A DNA stretch of 15,601 bases from positions 1 to 15,601 of the forward strand of contig JAJRRR010000408.1 in NCBI GenBank assembly GCA_024279285.1, read 5' to 3'. Shown here piece by piece: positions 7,748-15,601 of the stretch (the stretch's first letter is position 1; every line of letters begins with the position of its first letter). The DNA is from Planctomycetota bacterium (lineage in GTDB: Bacteria > Planctomycetota > Planctomycetia > Pirellulales > S012-138). Both the position numbers and the translations under genes were made by a program. Below the pieces are notes generated by a model. It did no database searches and was not told where the DNA came from. It worked only from the letters and a program-made list of their open reading frames with translations.

Positions 7748-8887
7748 ATGCAACGACTCGCTGCCCAAACCTTGCTGCTGGGACTGATCCTGTTTGGACC
7801 GGGCTCTGCCCCTGCAAGAGCCCAAGCCGAACAAGTTGTCTTGTTGCGCAATGGCACCACACTCAAAGGAAAAGTGGTGCAAGAAGGAAACTATATTTAT
7901 GTCGCACTTCCCCGCGGAGAGATTCAACTGCGCAGCGATCAAGTGGAGCGCATCTGCAACTCCCTGGAAGAGTGTTTCCGGTATCGTTTGGCGCAACTGT
8001 TACCCGGTGATGTGCATGGACAGCTGGAACTGGCTCAATGGTGCGTGGACGAAGGATTGATCCGGCAGGCCCAATGGCTGCTTGATCAGGTGCGTCGCAC
8101 GGCTTCTGGGCATCCCCGGCTGGAGCTGCTCCAGCGCCGCTTGCGCCTGCTGTCGCAGGGGGCAAGCATTGCCAAACGGGGCTTGCCCTCCGACTCTTTC
8201 TCTCCGGCTCGAAAGGCTCGCCACTCCCCTCCCTTGGCACCCATTGGCACGCTTCCTCCAGAAGCCGTGGAGCAATTCACGGTTTCGGTGCACCGGATTT
8301 TGCAGAATCGGTGTGCCTCGGGCAGTTGTCACGGAGGTGGGAGAAAAGGGGGATTTGGGCTGATTCGGGCTTCCCGAGGTCGGGTGAGCCCTCGGGTGGT
8401 GCGGCACAATCTGGCTTCAGTGTTGCGCTGGGTGAATCAGGCTCAGGTGGAGCGAAGCCTGTTGCTCAAAATGGCTCTCACGCCCCACGGGTCCACCGGA
8501 CTATATCAGTTCAACGGCCTGGACAAGCACACCGCAAGGACGCTGCGGCGCTGGCTGGAAAAACTAGCTCAACCTCCGGCTGGCTCTCCCTCACCTTCGC
8601 AAAATCCCCACTTGCCCAAGCCTTCGGCTGCCTCAAACCAAGGCAAGCAAGCGCCTCCCTCAGTCCCGAGCCAGAAAAGCACTCAGCGAACCACGCCGGT
8701 TGGCTATCGCAACAAAGAAGCACCACATGCTGGGGCATCAGGCTCCGCCACAACAACTAGCCCCTACGATCCCCAGGTGTTCAACCGCCGATTTCATCCT
8801 CAGAGACGCAGCTTGGAACCGAATTCGAGACAGAAAAACAGCTTGCTCAAACCATCTCGTGCCGATGTTGCTCAAAAGCCGCAATGA
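7748..8887 (+). CDS. Secreted protein with a PSCyt1-like (planctomycete cytochrome c) domain carrying a CX4CH motif and a Pro/Ser-rich disordered C-terminal tail.
   Basis: The signal peptide is MQRLAAQTLLLGLILFGPGSAPARA|QA. The central FTVSVHRILQNRCASGSCHGGGRKGGFGL...ERSLLLKMALTPHG...LRRWLEKLA follows the PSCyt1 pattern F..V.PIL...C..CHG....GGLRL...EESLL.KA....MPP...L..WI, with two extra residues inside the heme-binding motif. Confidence 0.6.
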   Translation: MQRLAAQTLLLGLILFGPGSAPARAQAEQVVLLRNGTTLKGKVVQEGNYIYVALPRGEIQLRSDQVERICNSLEECFRYRLAQLLPGDVHGQLELAQWCVDEGLIRQAQWLLDQVRRTASGHPRLELLQRRLRLLSQGASIAKRGLPSDSFSPARKARHSPPLAPIGTLPPEAVEQFTVSVHRILQNRCASGSCHGGGRKGGFGLIRASRGRVSPRVVRHNLASVLRWVNQAQVERSLLLKMALTPHGSTGLYQFNGLDKHTARTLRRWLEKLAQPPAGSPSPSQNPHLPKPSAASNQGKQAPPSVPSQKSTQRTTPVGYRNKEAPHAGASGSATTTSPYDPQVFNRRFHPQRRSLEPNSRQKNSLLKPSRADVAQKPQ

Positions 8888-8954
8888 TTGCCAACTGCGT
8901 CTGCAAGCGGGAAAGCTAAGTGGCTTGCGCAAATTGGACAAAAGGAGCCAACCC

Positions 8955-9590
8955 ATGCGCATGCACCGCCTTTTGGGAACAAGCTCAGCTCCGTGGTGGC
9001 TGTTGGGCGTGATGGCTTTGTGGGCAGGAGGGTGTACCAGTGGTCCGTATGCCGCCTCGGGAACGGCTTTGGGCACCCTAGGCGGCACGGCCGTAGGTGC
9101 CATGATCGGGCATCAGGTAGGCAAGACCGGCCAAGGGGCTTTGATTGGCGGAGCCGTGGGAGCTTTGACTGGAGGGGCCATCGGTTCGGCCTTGGACGAA
9201 ATTGATGCCCGAAACCGCGCCGAAATCCAAGCCCGACTGGGCCAACGCGCCCCGCAAGGAGCCGTCAGCGTGGAAGACATCATCGCCATGAGCCAAGCGG
9301 GAGTTCCGGAGTCGGTGATTGTTTCCCACATAGAGATTCACGGACTGGTGCGGCCATTGACTCCAGCGGACTTGATTCGTTTGCAAAAACAAGGAGTTTC
9401 CGAGGCAGTGATGAATGCCGCGCAGAAGGCCACCGGTCCCCGGACTTCGCGGGCTTCTTCCCTTCCTCCCCGACCAGGACCGGTCATCGTGGAAGAGCAC
9501 TATGTTGTGCCGGGCTGTCCGGCCTATCCCCCGCCGGTTTATTACTACCGGCCCCGAGTGCACTTTGGCATTGGGGTGGGATTTCCGTAG
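8955..9590 (+). CDS. Glycine-zipper (SlyB/17-kDa-antigen-like) probable lipoprotein. The start was reassigned from 8700 to the ATG at 8955.
   Basis: AAGGAG at 8942-8947 lies 7 nt before ATG 8955. The signal sequence MRMHRLLGTSSAPWWLLGVMALWAGGC has a Cys after the hydrophobic region. The glycine zipper is GTALGTLGGTAVGAMIGHQVGKTGQGALIGGAVGALTGGAIGS. Two ~25-aa helical repeats follow (VEDIIAMSQAGVPESVIVSHIEI / TPADLIRLQKQGVSEAVMNAAQK), then a Pro/Tyr-rich tail PAYPPPVYYYRP. Confidence 0.55.
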   Translation: MRMHRLLGTSSAPWWLLGVMALWAGGCTSGPYAASGTALGTLGGTAVGAMIGHQVGKTGQGALIGGAVGALTGGAIGSALDEIDARNRAEIQARLGQRAPQGAVSVEDIIAMSQAGVPESVIVSHIEIHGLVRPLTPADLIRLQKQGVSEAVMNAAQKATGPRTSRASSLPPRPGPVIVEEHYVVPGCPAYPPPVYYYRPRVHFGIGVGFP

Positions 9591-9595
9591 AGGTG

Positions 9596-10906
9596 CTATG
9601 CGGCCCGGGCTGCGGAAGCTGGGGAAGTTTGCATCAGTTTGACCAGGAGATTTGCGGTTTGCTGGGTGGCTCCTTGTTGTTGGAGCACAAGTTTTCGGGC
9701 TCGTTGGCCGAGTTCCTTGGCCCAATCCCTCTGGTGCACGCAGCGACGCACGAACTGCATCAATTCTTGTTGAGAATGCACCACCACGGCCCCTTGGCAT
9801 TCTAGCAACATAGCTACGACATCGCGGAAGTTTTCCGTTCGGGGCCCGAAACACACCGCCGCCCCATAAGCGGCCGGTTCAATCATGTTTTGCCCTCCTC
9901 GGGAGCCGAAACTTCCGCCCACCAACGCCACATCGGCCACTCCCCACCAGTGGCGAAGCTCCCCCACGGTGTCGACCAGCAACACGCACTCCGGGTTCCA
10001 GTGCTGCGGTGGCTGGTTCAACCGGCTTCGACGCAAGAACGGCTGGCCTTGCTCCTGGAGCCATCGGGCCACTTGGTCAAATCGCTCTGGGTGCCGCGGA
10101 ACCAAGATCAACCGGAGCAGATCAAACTCCCTACGCACCCGGCGGAAAGCTTCCAGGGCCATTTGTTCCTCTGCGGCTTGAGTGCTTCCGGCCAGGAAGA
10201 CCACTTGCCCGGGTTGCACTTGGGCCAGGTGGCGCAAGCGTTGGGTGTGAGGGTTGTTCCGGTTTGTTTCCACTCCGTCAAACTTGAGTGATCCGGTCAC
10301 ATGCACCCGGGCCGGATCAGCCCCCAAGGCGACGAACCGCCGGGCATACTCGGGCGTTTGGGCTGCAACCAAAGCCACTTTCCCGAGCATGCGACGAACC
10401 ACAGGTCCCAGTAGCTTGTAGCCCCGAAAGCTCCTCCGGCTCAAACGCCCATTGATCACCGCCACCGGAACTTGCCGAGCATGAGCCTGATGAATCAACT
10501 GAGGCCACAGCTCCAACTCCACCAGCACCAGCAGTTGGGGATCAAGGCGCTGCAAGGCCCGACTCACCGCCCAGGAAAAGTCCCAGGGAGCAAAAAACAC
10601 CGTCAGGTGGGGAAAGAGCTTTTGGGCCAGATCGTAGCCGGCATCGGTTCCGGTGGAAAGGACCAACTCCCAATGCGGGTGATGTTCCTGGAGCCAAGCG
10701 AACAAGGGCCGGAGCAGGTTCACCTCGCCCACGCTGACGGCATGGAACCACACTCTGGGACAACGACGGGAGCCCAGGGGCACCTGACCCCAAAGTCGCT
10801 GGCTCCAGCCACGCTTGTACCGGCCATAAACCATCCGGCGATAAAGAATCCGCGGACTAGCTCCCGCCAAGGCTAATCCATAGGCCGCGTTGAACAACCA
10901 TTTCAT
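9596..10906 (-). CDS. waaA: 3-deoxy-D-manno-octulosonic acid (Kdo) transferase WaaA/KdtA.
   Basis: 436 aa. It has the N-terminal membrane anchor, then the WFHAVSVGE motif (the canonical W[IV]HA[AV]SVGE of KdtA) at the expected position, followed by a GT-B fold region. It sits 15 nt downstream of glmS on the same strand. Confidence 0.88.
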   Translation of the reverse strand: MKWLFNAAYGLALAGASPRILYRRMVYGRYKRGWSQRLWGQVPLGSRRCPRVWFHAVSVGEVNLLRPLFAWLQEHHPHWELVLSTGTDAGYDLAQKLFPHLTVFFAPWDFSWAVSRALQRLDPQLLVLVELELWPQLIHQAHARQVPVAVINGRLSRRSFRGYKLLGPVVRRMLGKVALVAAQTPEYARRFVALGADPARVHVTGSLKFDGVETNRNNPHTQRLRHLAQVQPGQVVFLAGSTQAAEEQMALEAFRRVRREFDLLRLILVPRHPERFDQVARWLQEQGQPFLRRSRLNQPPQHWNPECVLLVDTVGELRHWWGVADVALVGGSFGSRGGQNMIEPAAYGAAVCFGPRTENFRDVVAMLLECQGAVVVHSQQELMQFVRRCVHQRDWAKELGQRARKLVLQQQGATQQTANLLVKLMQTSPASAARAA

Positions 10907-10921
10907 TGCGCTTTTGTCTGG

Positions 10922-12805
10922 CTATTCCACGGTGACGCTTTTGGCCAGGTTTCGGGGCTTATCCACATCACACCCTCGCAACACGGCAATGTGATAGGCC
11001 AGCAACTGAAGCGGCACCACCATCACCACCGGTTGGAGGTATTCCACCACTTCGGGCACTTCAATCACGGCATCGGCCAAAGCGGCTGCACGCTCGTCTC
11101 CCTGGGTGACCACGGCGAGGATAGGCCCTCCTCGGGCTTTGATCTCCTCCAGGTTGGCCAGCACCTTGTCGTAAACATGGTCCCGAGGAATCAAAAACAC
11201 GCTGGGAGTTTCTTCATCCACCAGGGCGATGGGTCCATGCTTCATTTCGGCCGCCGGATAGCCTTCGGCGTGGATGTAGCTGATTTCTTTCAGCTTCAAT
11301 GCACCTTCCAGGGCCACCGGGAACTGGTACTGCCGGCCCAGGTACAAAAAGTTCCGACAGTGCTGGAACCGCCGGGCAATCTCCCGAACCACCTCATCGC
11401 ATTCCAAAGCCTTTTGAACAGCCACGGGCAAGCGTTGCAAATGGCCGATGATCTCCAATCCCTGGGTGAAACTCAAATCGCGCAGGCGGCCAAAGTACAG
11501 GGCCAGCAGGGCCAGGGCCACACATTGAGCCGTGAACGCCTTGGTGGAAGCCACACCGATCTCCGGGCCAGCGTGCAGGTAAATCCCTCCGTCGGCTTCC
11601 TGGGCAATGGAGCTTCCCACCACATTGCAAATGGCCAGCGTGGGATGGCCTTTGCGTTTGATTTCGCGTAACGCTGCCAGGGTGTCGGCAGTTTCCCCAC
11701 TTTGGGTGATGGCAAAAAGTAGCGTGCCCGGCTCCAGCGGAGGATTTCGATAGCGAAGCTCGCTAGCGTATTCCACTTCCACGGGGAGTCGGGCGAGTTG
11801 CTCAATCAAATACTCGCCCACCAGGGCCGCGTGCCAACTGGTGCCGCAGCCGGTCATCACAATCCGCCGCACATTGCGTAGTTGGCTTGGGGTGAGATTG
11901 AGCCCTCCGAAATGGGCTGTAGCGGATTCCAGGTCCAGGCGGCCTCGCATGGTGTTTCGCAGGGCCTCAGGCTGCTCGTAGATTTCCTTGAGCATGAAAT
12001 GGGGATAAGGCCCACGCTCCACGCTGGAAGCTTCCAAACCCAAGTGCTGAATCTGTGGCGTGACCTGGCCCGTGTCGCGGTGAATGATGCGAAACCCCTG
12101 GGCGGTGATGACGGCCAACTCGTGATCGGCCAGAAAGACGATCTGCTGAGTCCACGGAGCCAGACACACGGCATCGCTGGCCAGAAAATGCTCCCCTTGG
12201 CCGATGCCCACCACCAAGGGGCTTCCGCGTCGGGCAGCCAGGATCAGCTCCGGATGCCCCCGCAGCACCACCGCCAGTCCGAAGGTCCCTTGCACCTGGC
12301 TCAACGCTCGCTGCACCGCTTGCACCAACCGCTGTTGAACCACTAGGGCTGAAGGCTCCTTTTCCAGAGGCTGGCTCACCGAAAGGGCTTCCCACTCCCG
12401 GGCGATCAGGTGGGCAAGGACTTCCGTGTCGGTCTCGGAACGGAAGCGGAAGCCTTCGCTTTCAAGTTGAGCTTTCAGTTCCTGGTGGTTTTCAATCACG
12501 CCGTTGTGGACCACGGCCAACAAACCGTCCCCGCCCAAGTGCGGGTGGGCGTTGACATCGGCTGGAGCACCGTGGGTGGCCCAACGCGTGTGCCCAATCC
12601 CACAACTCCCCCGAGGCGGCGTGTGAGCCAACTTGGCCGCCAAGTGGTCAATCCGCCCGGTGGCCTTAACCACCTGTAGCTCCCCTTGGGGAGAGACCAC
12701 TGCCACTCCCGCGCTGTCGTAGCCGCGATACTCCAACCGGCGTAGCCCTTGCACCAGCACATCCGCAGCAGGCTGGTGACCCACATAGCCTATGATGCCA
12801 CACAT
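10922..12805 (-). CDS. glmS: Glutamine--fructose-6-phosphate aminotransferase (isomerising) GlmS.
   Basis: 627 aa. It begins MCGIIGYVG, where Cys2 is the Ntn glutaminase nucleophile. Two SIS domains follow. The C-terminus ...KPRNLAKSVTVE is the typical GlmS ending. Confidence 0.95.
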   Translation of the reverse strand: MCGIIGYVGHQPAADVLVQGLRRLEYRGYDSAGVAVVSPQGELQVVKATGRIDHLAAKLAHTPPRGSCGIGHTRWATHGAPADVNAHPHLGGDGLLAVVHNGVIENHQELKAQLESEGFRFRSETDTEVLAHLIAREWEALSVSQPLEKEPSALVVQQRLVQAVQRALSQVQGTFGLAVVLRGHPELILAARRGSPLVVGIGQGEHFLASDAVCLAPWTQQIVFLADHELAVITAQGFRIIHRDTGQVTPQIQHLGLEASSVERGPYPHFMLKEIYEQPEALRNTMRGRLDLESATAHFGGLNLTPSQLRNVRRIVMTGCGTSWHAALVGEYLIEQLARLPVEVEYASELRYRNPPLEPGTLLFAITQSGETADTLAALREIKRKGHPTLAICNVVGSSIAQEADGGIYLHAGPEIGVASTKAFTAQCVALALLALYFGRLRDLSFTQGLEIIGHLQRLPVAVQKALECDEVVREIARRFQHCRNFLYLGRQYQFPVALEGALKLKEISYIHAEGYPAAEMKHGPIALVDEETPSVFLIPRDHVYDKVLANLEEIKARGGPILAVVTQGDERAAALADAVIEVPEVVEYLQPVVMVVPLQLLAYHIAVLRGCDVDKPRNLAKSVTVE

Positions 12806-13021
12806 CGGCGCGCCTCAGTCTCTCCCCAGCTTGCGTGCCCAAAGGGACAGTTCGCTTATCTGGTCGTCCAGCTCTGGAAGTGCCGGATAGTAGGCAATTT
12901 CCCCCAACAGGGTAAACCCCAGACGCCACCCCCCTTGCTAGCACTCCGAAGACTCGGTTGGGGAAACTTGCAAGAATCCCTCCTCTGTGACGAATCACCT
13001 TTTGTGAAATCGGGCCGCAGG

Positions 13022-13047
13022 CGTTGGGAACCCGGCCCAAACCGGCT
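13022..13047. other. GC-rich stem-loop (6-bp GGGCCG/CGGCCC stem, 14-nt loop) in the glmS / hypothetical-gene divergent intergenic region.
   Basis: The inverted repeat gggccg...cggccc at 13022-13027 / 13042-13047 is seen directly. No U-tract follows on either strand, so it is not a canonical intrinsic terminator. Confidence 0.3.
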
Positions 13048-13084
13048 ATCATAGCTACTGCTTTCACCACCAGGGGGACAGCCG

Positions 13085-13594
13085 ATGCCCGATCCACGAG
13101 AGCACTTCCGCCAGCGTGGCTGGTTGGAGACCGTGTTGCGACACATCCCGGGCTTTCGCGGCTACTTGGAAAAGGAATACCGCCGCGAAGCCGATCAGTT
13201 GCTTCGGCAGTGGATTGCTGATCAGCTTCAGCGCTTCCGCCAGCGGCTCCAGCGTCTAGCCCAAGAGCTTACCCAACAAGGCCAACTGGACTCCCTGGGC
13301 CAGATTCAGGCACTGACCACCCGAACCGATCACCTCCTGGCCCGAGTCCAGGGAGCCGTGCACGGCTACAGTGGTTTTTTTGACTTGGTCCAAGTGACCG
13401 AAGAAACCTTGGACCGGGTGTATGAACACGACGCTTCCGTGGCCCAGCTTGCCCAAGAACTAACAGTCTTATGCGAACCCCTTACGGCCCAAAGCCCTCA
13501 GTGGCAGGAGCGCTTGAACCAACTGGCAACCCGGCTGGACGAACTGCATCGCCATTGGGACGGACGATGCCAGATTTTGCAAGGACTGGCTTAG
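13085..13594 (+). CDS. Hypothetical helical / coiled-coil protein, rich in Gln, Leu and Arg. It has no recognisable family and lies immediately upstream of the SPFH-YbjN gene.
   Basis: 169-aa ORF. GGGGGA lies 8 nt upstream of the ATG. Third-codon positions are about 70% G/C, consistent with coding in this genome. Heptad-like QRFRQRLQRLAQELTQQGQLDSLGQIQAL is present. There is no transmembrane segment or signal peptide. Confidence 0.5.
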   Translation: MPDPREHFRQRGWLETVLRHIPGFRGYLEKEYRREADQLLRQWIADQLQRFRQRLQRLAQELTQQGQLDSLGQIQALTTRTDHLLARVQGAVHGYSGFFDLVQVTEETLDRVYEHDASVAQLAQELTVLCEPLTAQSPQWQERLNQLATRLDELHRHWDGRCQILQGLA

Positions 13595-13648
13595 CGGTTT
13601 TCTGCACACTTGGCTTCGCGGAACACTCAATTTGGGGAGGAGCTGATC

Positions 13649-15061
13649 ATGGGCATCCGTTTGGAAGTGATTCAGTTCTTTGATGAAACCAACCGCACTT
13701 TGGTGCACCGCATCCCGCCGGAAGGATCGGCCGACATCAAGTACGGCGCCCAGTTGATCGTTCACGAGAACCAGGAGGCGGTGTTCTTTCGGGACGGAAA
13801 GGCCATGGACCGCTTTGGTCCAGGCCGTTATACCCTCACCACGGCCAATGTCCCCCTCATCACCCGGCTGCTGACTATCCCTTGGGAACGCTCCCCGTTT
13901 CAAGCCCAGGTCTATTTCATCGCCAAGCACACTTTCGTGGATCAGCGTTGGGGCACGCGACAGCCGATTCCGCTTCGGGATCGGGAGTTCGGCTTGGTTC
14001 GGCTTCGGGCTTTTGGAAAGTACTCCTTCCGCGTGGTGGACTCCGTGGTCCTGCTCAACACCTTGGTTGGAACCCAGGGAAAGTTCACCACCGAGGAAAT
14101 CACCGATTTCCTCAAAGACTTGATCACCGCCCGACTGGCCGATTTACTGGGTTCCTTGGGCATAGGGGTGATGGACCTGGCGGCCAAGTATGACGAAATT
14201 GCCACCGGCACTCAGGCCAAGGTGTCCGAGGAGTTCAACAAATACGGCTTGGAGCTGGTGGACTTTTTCATCAATGCCATCACTCCGCCCGAGGAAGTCC
14301 AAAAAGCCATTGACCAGCGCGCGGCCATGGGAGCCGTGGGCAACTTGAACCAATACATGCAATATCAGGTTGCCAACTCCATGTACCAACTGGCACAACG
14401 CGGTGGTGGAGAAGCCGGAGCGATGGGCATGGGCTTGGGGGCAGGATTTGGCATGATGATGCCTCAGATGATCCAGCAAGCCATGCGTCAATCGGGCGCT
14501 TCGGGCTCGGCCCCTTCGGGGGGAACCGGCAACCCCGCTCCTCCCCCTCCGCCATCGCCCACCCCGGCCACGCCTGCGGTCACTCCCACCGGAGCCGCGG
14601 TCAGCTTTGATGATCTGGCCCCCCCCGCCTCCGAAACCTCCCCGGAAAAAACTCCTGATCCCAAACAACTGGTCCGCCAGGTGGTTCAAGCCGCTGGCTA
14701 CGCTTTGCAGGAAAACGGCGACCACTGGCGCGTGACGGTTCCCGTAGGCTCCACACGCAAACAGGTGGTTCATATCTTCTTCAACCGCAAGGACGCCGAA
14801 GGCGACCCGCTGGTGAGCTTTTTCTCCTACTGCGGTCCGGCCACCCAACGCAACGCCATGCAACTGCTGCGCTACAATACCCGATTGGCCCACGGTGCCT
14901 TTGCGGTGATCAAGGCCAATGGGTCCGAAATGGTGGCTTTGGTGGCCAACTTGCTGGCCAGCACACTCGACGCCCTGGAAGTGAGCCGCACCCTCAGCGC
15001 CGTGGCCTGGCAAGCCGACCGCGTGGAAGAAAAGCTCCTTGGCGGCCAAGACCGGTACTGA
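13649..15061 (+). CDS. SPFH/Band-7 family protein (PF13421-like 'virion core protein' group), fused via a Pro/Ala/Ser-rich linker to a YbjN-like / type-III-secretion-chaperone-like C-terminal domain. The start was reassigned from 13610 to ATG 13649.
   Basis: GGAGG lies 8 nt before ATG 13649. The N-terminus [72 protein letters not shown] matches the pattern of PF13421-type SPFH proteins (W/I..D.......R.P....I..GAQLIV.E.Q.AVF..G.....F.PG.YTL.T.N.P..T). The linker is [26 protein letters not shown]. The C-terminus [11 protein letters not shown]...[31 protein letters not shown]...[18 protein letters not shown] resembles the YbjN (PF10722) fold signature. Confidence 0.7.
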   Translation: MGIRLEVIQFFDETNRTLVHRIPPEGSADIKYGAQLIVHENQEAVFFRDGKAMDRFGPGRYTLTTANVPLITRLLTIPWERSPFQAQVYFIAKHTFVDQRWGTRQPIPLRDREFGLVRLRAFGKYSFRVVDSVVLLNTLVGTQGKFTTEEITDFLKDLITARLADLLGSLGIGVMDLAAKYDEIATGTQAKVSEEFNKYGLELVDFFINAITPPEEVQKAIDQRAAMGAVGNLNQYMQYQVANSMYQLAQRGGGEAGAMGMGLGAGFGMMMPQMIQQAMRQSGASGSAPSGGTGNPAPPPPPSPTPATPAVTPTGAAVSFDDLAPPASETSPEKTPDPKQLVRQVVQAAGYALQENGDHWRVTVPVGSTRKQVVHIFFNRKDAEGDPLVSFFSYCGPATQRNAMQLLRYNTRLAHGAFAVIKANGSEMVALVANLLASTLDALEVSRTLSAVAWQADRVEEKLLGGQDRY

Positions 15062-15149
15062 TCCTTCCCCATTCCCCGTCGCCCTCATGCCCAAAGCGGA
15101 AACTCCATCCGCAAGCTGCACCGGTGGCCTTGGAGGTCTGGGGGAATGG

Positions 15150-15601
15150 ATGCCTGAGGCTTGGGACCTAGAGGGCTTGGAAGACCTGGGGACTTGGGTG
15201 GAGGAAGTCCAAAATCAGGTGGCCACTTTCACCCAAGCGCCGAAGCGGGAACCAGCGCCTACTTTCAGGCGCCGCACACCGCAGGTCGCAAGGCGTTACA
15301 CGCAAGTCGCAGGTCGCAAGTCGCCCACGATCCGGCCTCCGGCCGAGTACGGTTCTATACTTTCGAGGGGGAAGCGACCGGCCCCAGCGGAGAAATCCTC
15401 CAAAAACGCTTGCCTCGCTTGGCCCCTGTGCGGTATTCCTGGAGCTGGTTTACCGGAAAAGGGCAGTTTGTGGGGAGATGGGAAGAGGAAGAACGGGAAC
15501 AAGCATATGAAGAGTTCCGGGAAATCCTGAGGCGCTATCGAGAAGACACGCTGGAGTTTCCGTTCAAATACTCCCGCCCCTACCAGGCACCCCAGGAAGA
15601 C
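15150..15601 (+). CDS. Possible CDS running off the 3' edge. The reading frame is ambiguous: the frame of ATG 15150 looks protein-like for about 35 codons, then degenerates and ends at 15530, while the +2 frame looks coding from about 15350 to the window edge.
   Basis: Frame A reads MPEAWDLEGLEDLGTWVEEVQNQVATFTQAPKREPAPTF, then a basic low-complexity stretch to the TGA at 15528-15530. Frame B reads ...RFYTFEGEATGPSGEILQKRLPRLAPVRYSWSWFTGKGQFVGRWEEEEREQAYEEFREILRRYREDTLEFPFKYSRPYQAPQED, with no stop to position 15601 and no in-frame ATG after the stop at 15155. Candidate starts are GTG 15428 and TTG 15410. GGAGG lies 13 nt before ATG 15150. Confidence 0.25.
15280..15325. repeat. Short GC-rich microrepeat cluster. 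CGCAGGTCGCAAG occurs twice (15280-15292 and 15308-15320), interleaved with GCAAGTCGC twice.
   Basis: Seen directly: gcaggtcgcaaggcgttacacgcaagtcgcaggtcgcaagtcgcc. It lies in the region where the two candidate reading frames of the 3' ORF exchange. Confidence 0.5.

Noticed and set aside
9078-9854. 258-aa minus-strand ORF, plus other short ORFs nested in hypF, glmS, the kinase and the lipoprotein gene
   Set aside because: All overlap, on the opposite strand or in an alternate frame, genes with strong family-level signatures. Their translations are Arg/Gly/Pro/Ser-rich low complexity, as expected for GC-rich shadow frames.
12806-13084. Possible glmS ribozyme in the glmS 5' leader
   Set aside because: The region was read on the glmS strand. 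No recognisable conserved glmS-ribozyme core segments or pseudoknot arrangement were found. The ribozyme is also mainly a Firmicutes / Deinococcus-Thermus feature. This needs an Infernal RF00234 scan to be definitive.
14144-15121. 325-aa minus-strand ORF
   Set aside because: It is antisense to the SPFH-YbjN gene. Its Gly/Arg-rich low complexity ([22 protein letters not shown]) mirrors the Pro-rich linker on the coding strand.
1-15601. tRNA, rRNA, CRISPR repeats, IS elements or integrases
   Set aside because: No T-arm or acceptor-like motifs were found in the intergenic regions. Apart from the 13-bp microrepeat at 15280-15325 there are no repeated direct-repeat/spacer arrays. No transposase or recombinase-like translations were found in any frame.

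Overview
High-GC (about 60%), gene-dense chromosomal window. The Pro/Ser-rich linkers and a PSCyt1-type 'planctomycete cytochrome c' motif are consistent with a Planctomycetota-like organism; this is an inference, not a database result. Fourteen protein-coding genes are supportable. No rRNA, tRNA, CRISPR array or mobile element was seen. On the minus strand a tight five-gene string reads DUF1641-like protein -> hypA -> hypB -> tandem-GAF histidine kinase -> NarL-type response regulator, with ATGA and longer overlaps between neighbours. Divergently from it lies a HupE/UreJ-like nickel permease with a histidine-rich loop, which converges with hypF (the [NiFe]-hydrogenase maturation carbamoyltransferase). 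This is a nickel-supply and hydrogenase-maturation neighbourhood. It lacks hypCDE and hydrogenase structural genes inside the window. Downstream come a secreted PSCyt1-domain protein with a non-canonical CX4CH motif, a glycine-zipper lipoprotein, and a glmS->waaA(kdtA) housekeeping pair on the minus strand. Then follows a two-gene module: a 169-aa helical hypothetical protein and a PF13421-type SPFH (Band-7) protein fused through a Pro-rich linker to a YbjN/T3SS-chaperone-like C-terminal domain. This module is the best candidate in the window for an undescribed system. The 3' end carries a short GC-rich microrepeat and a reading-frame ambiguity. All calls come from reading the translations; no similarity searches were run.
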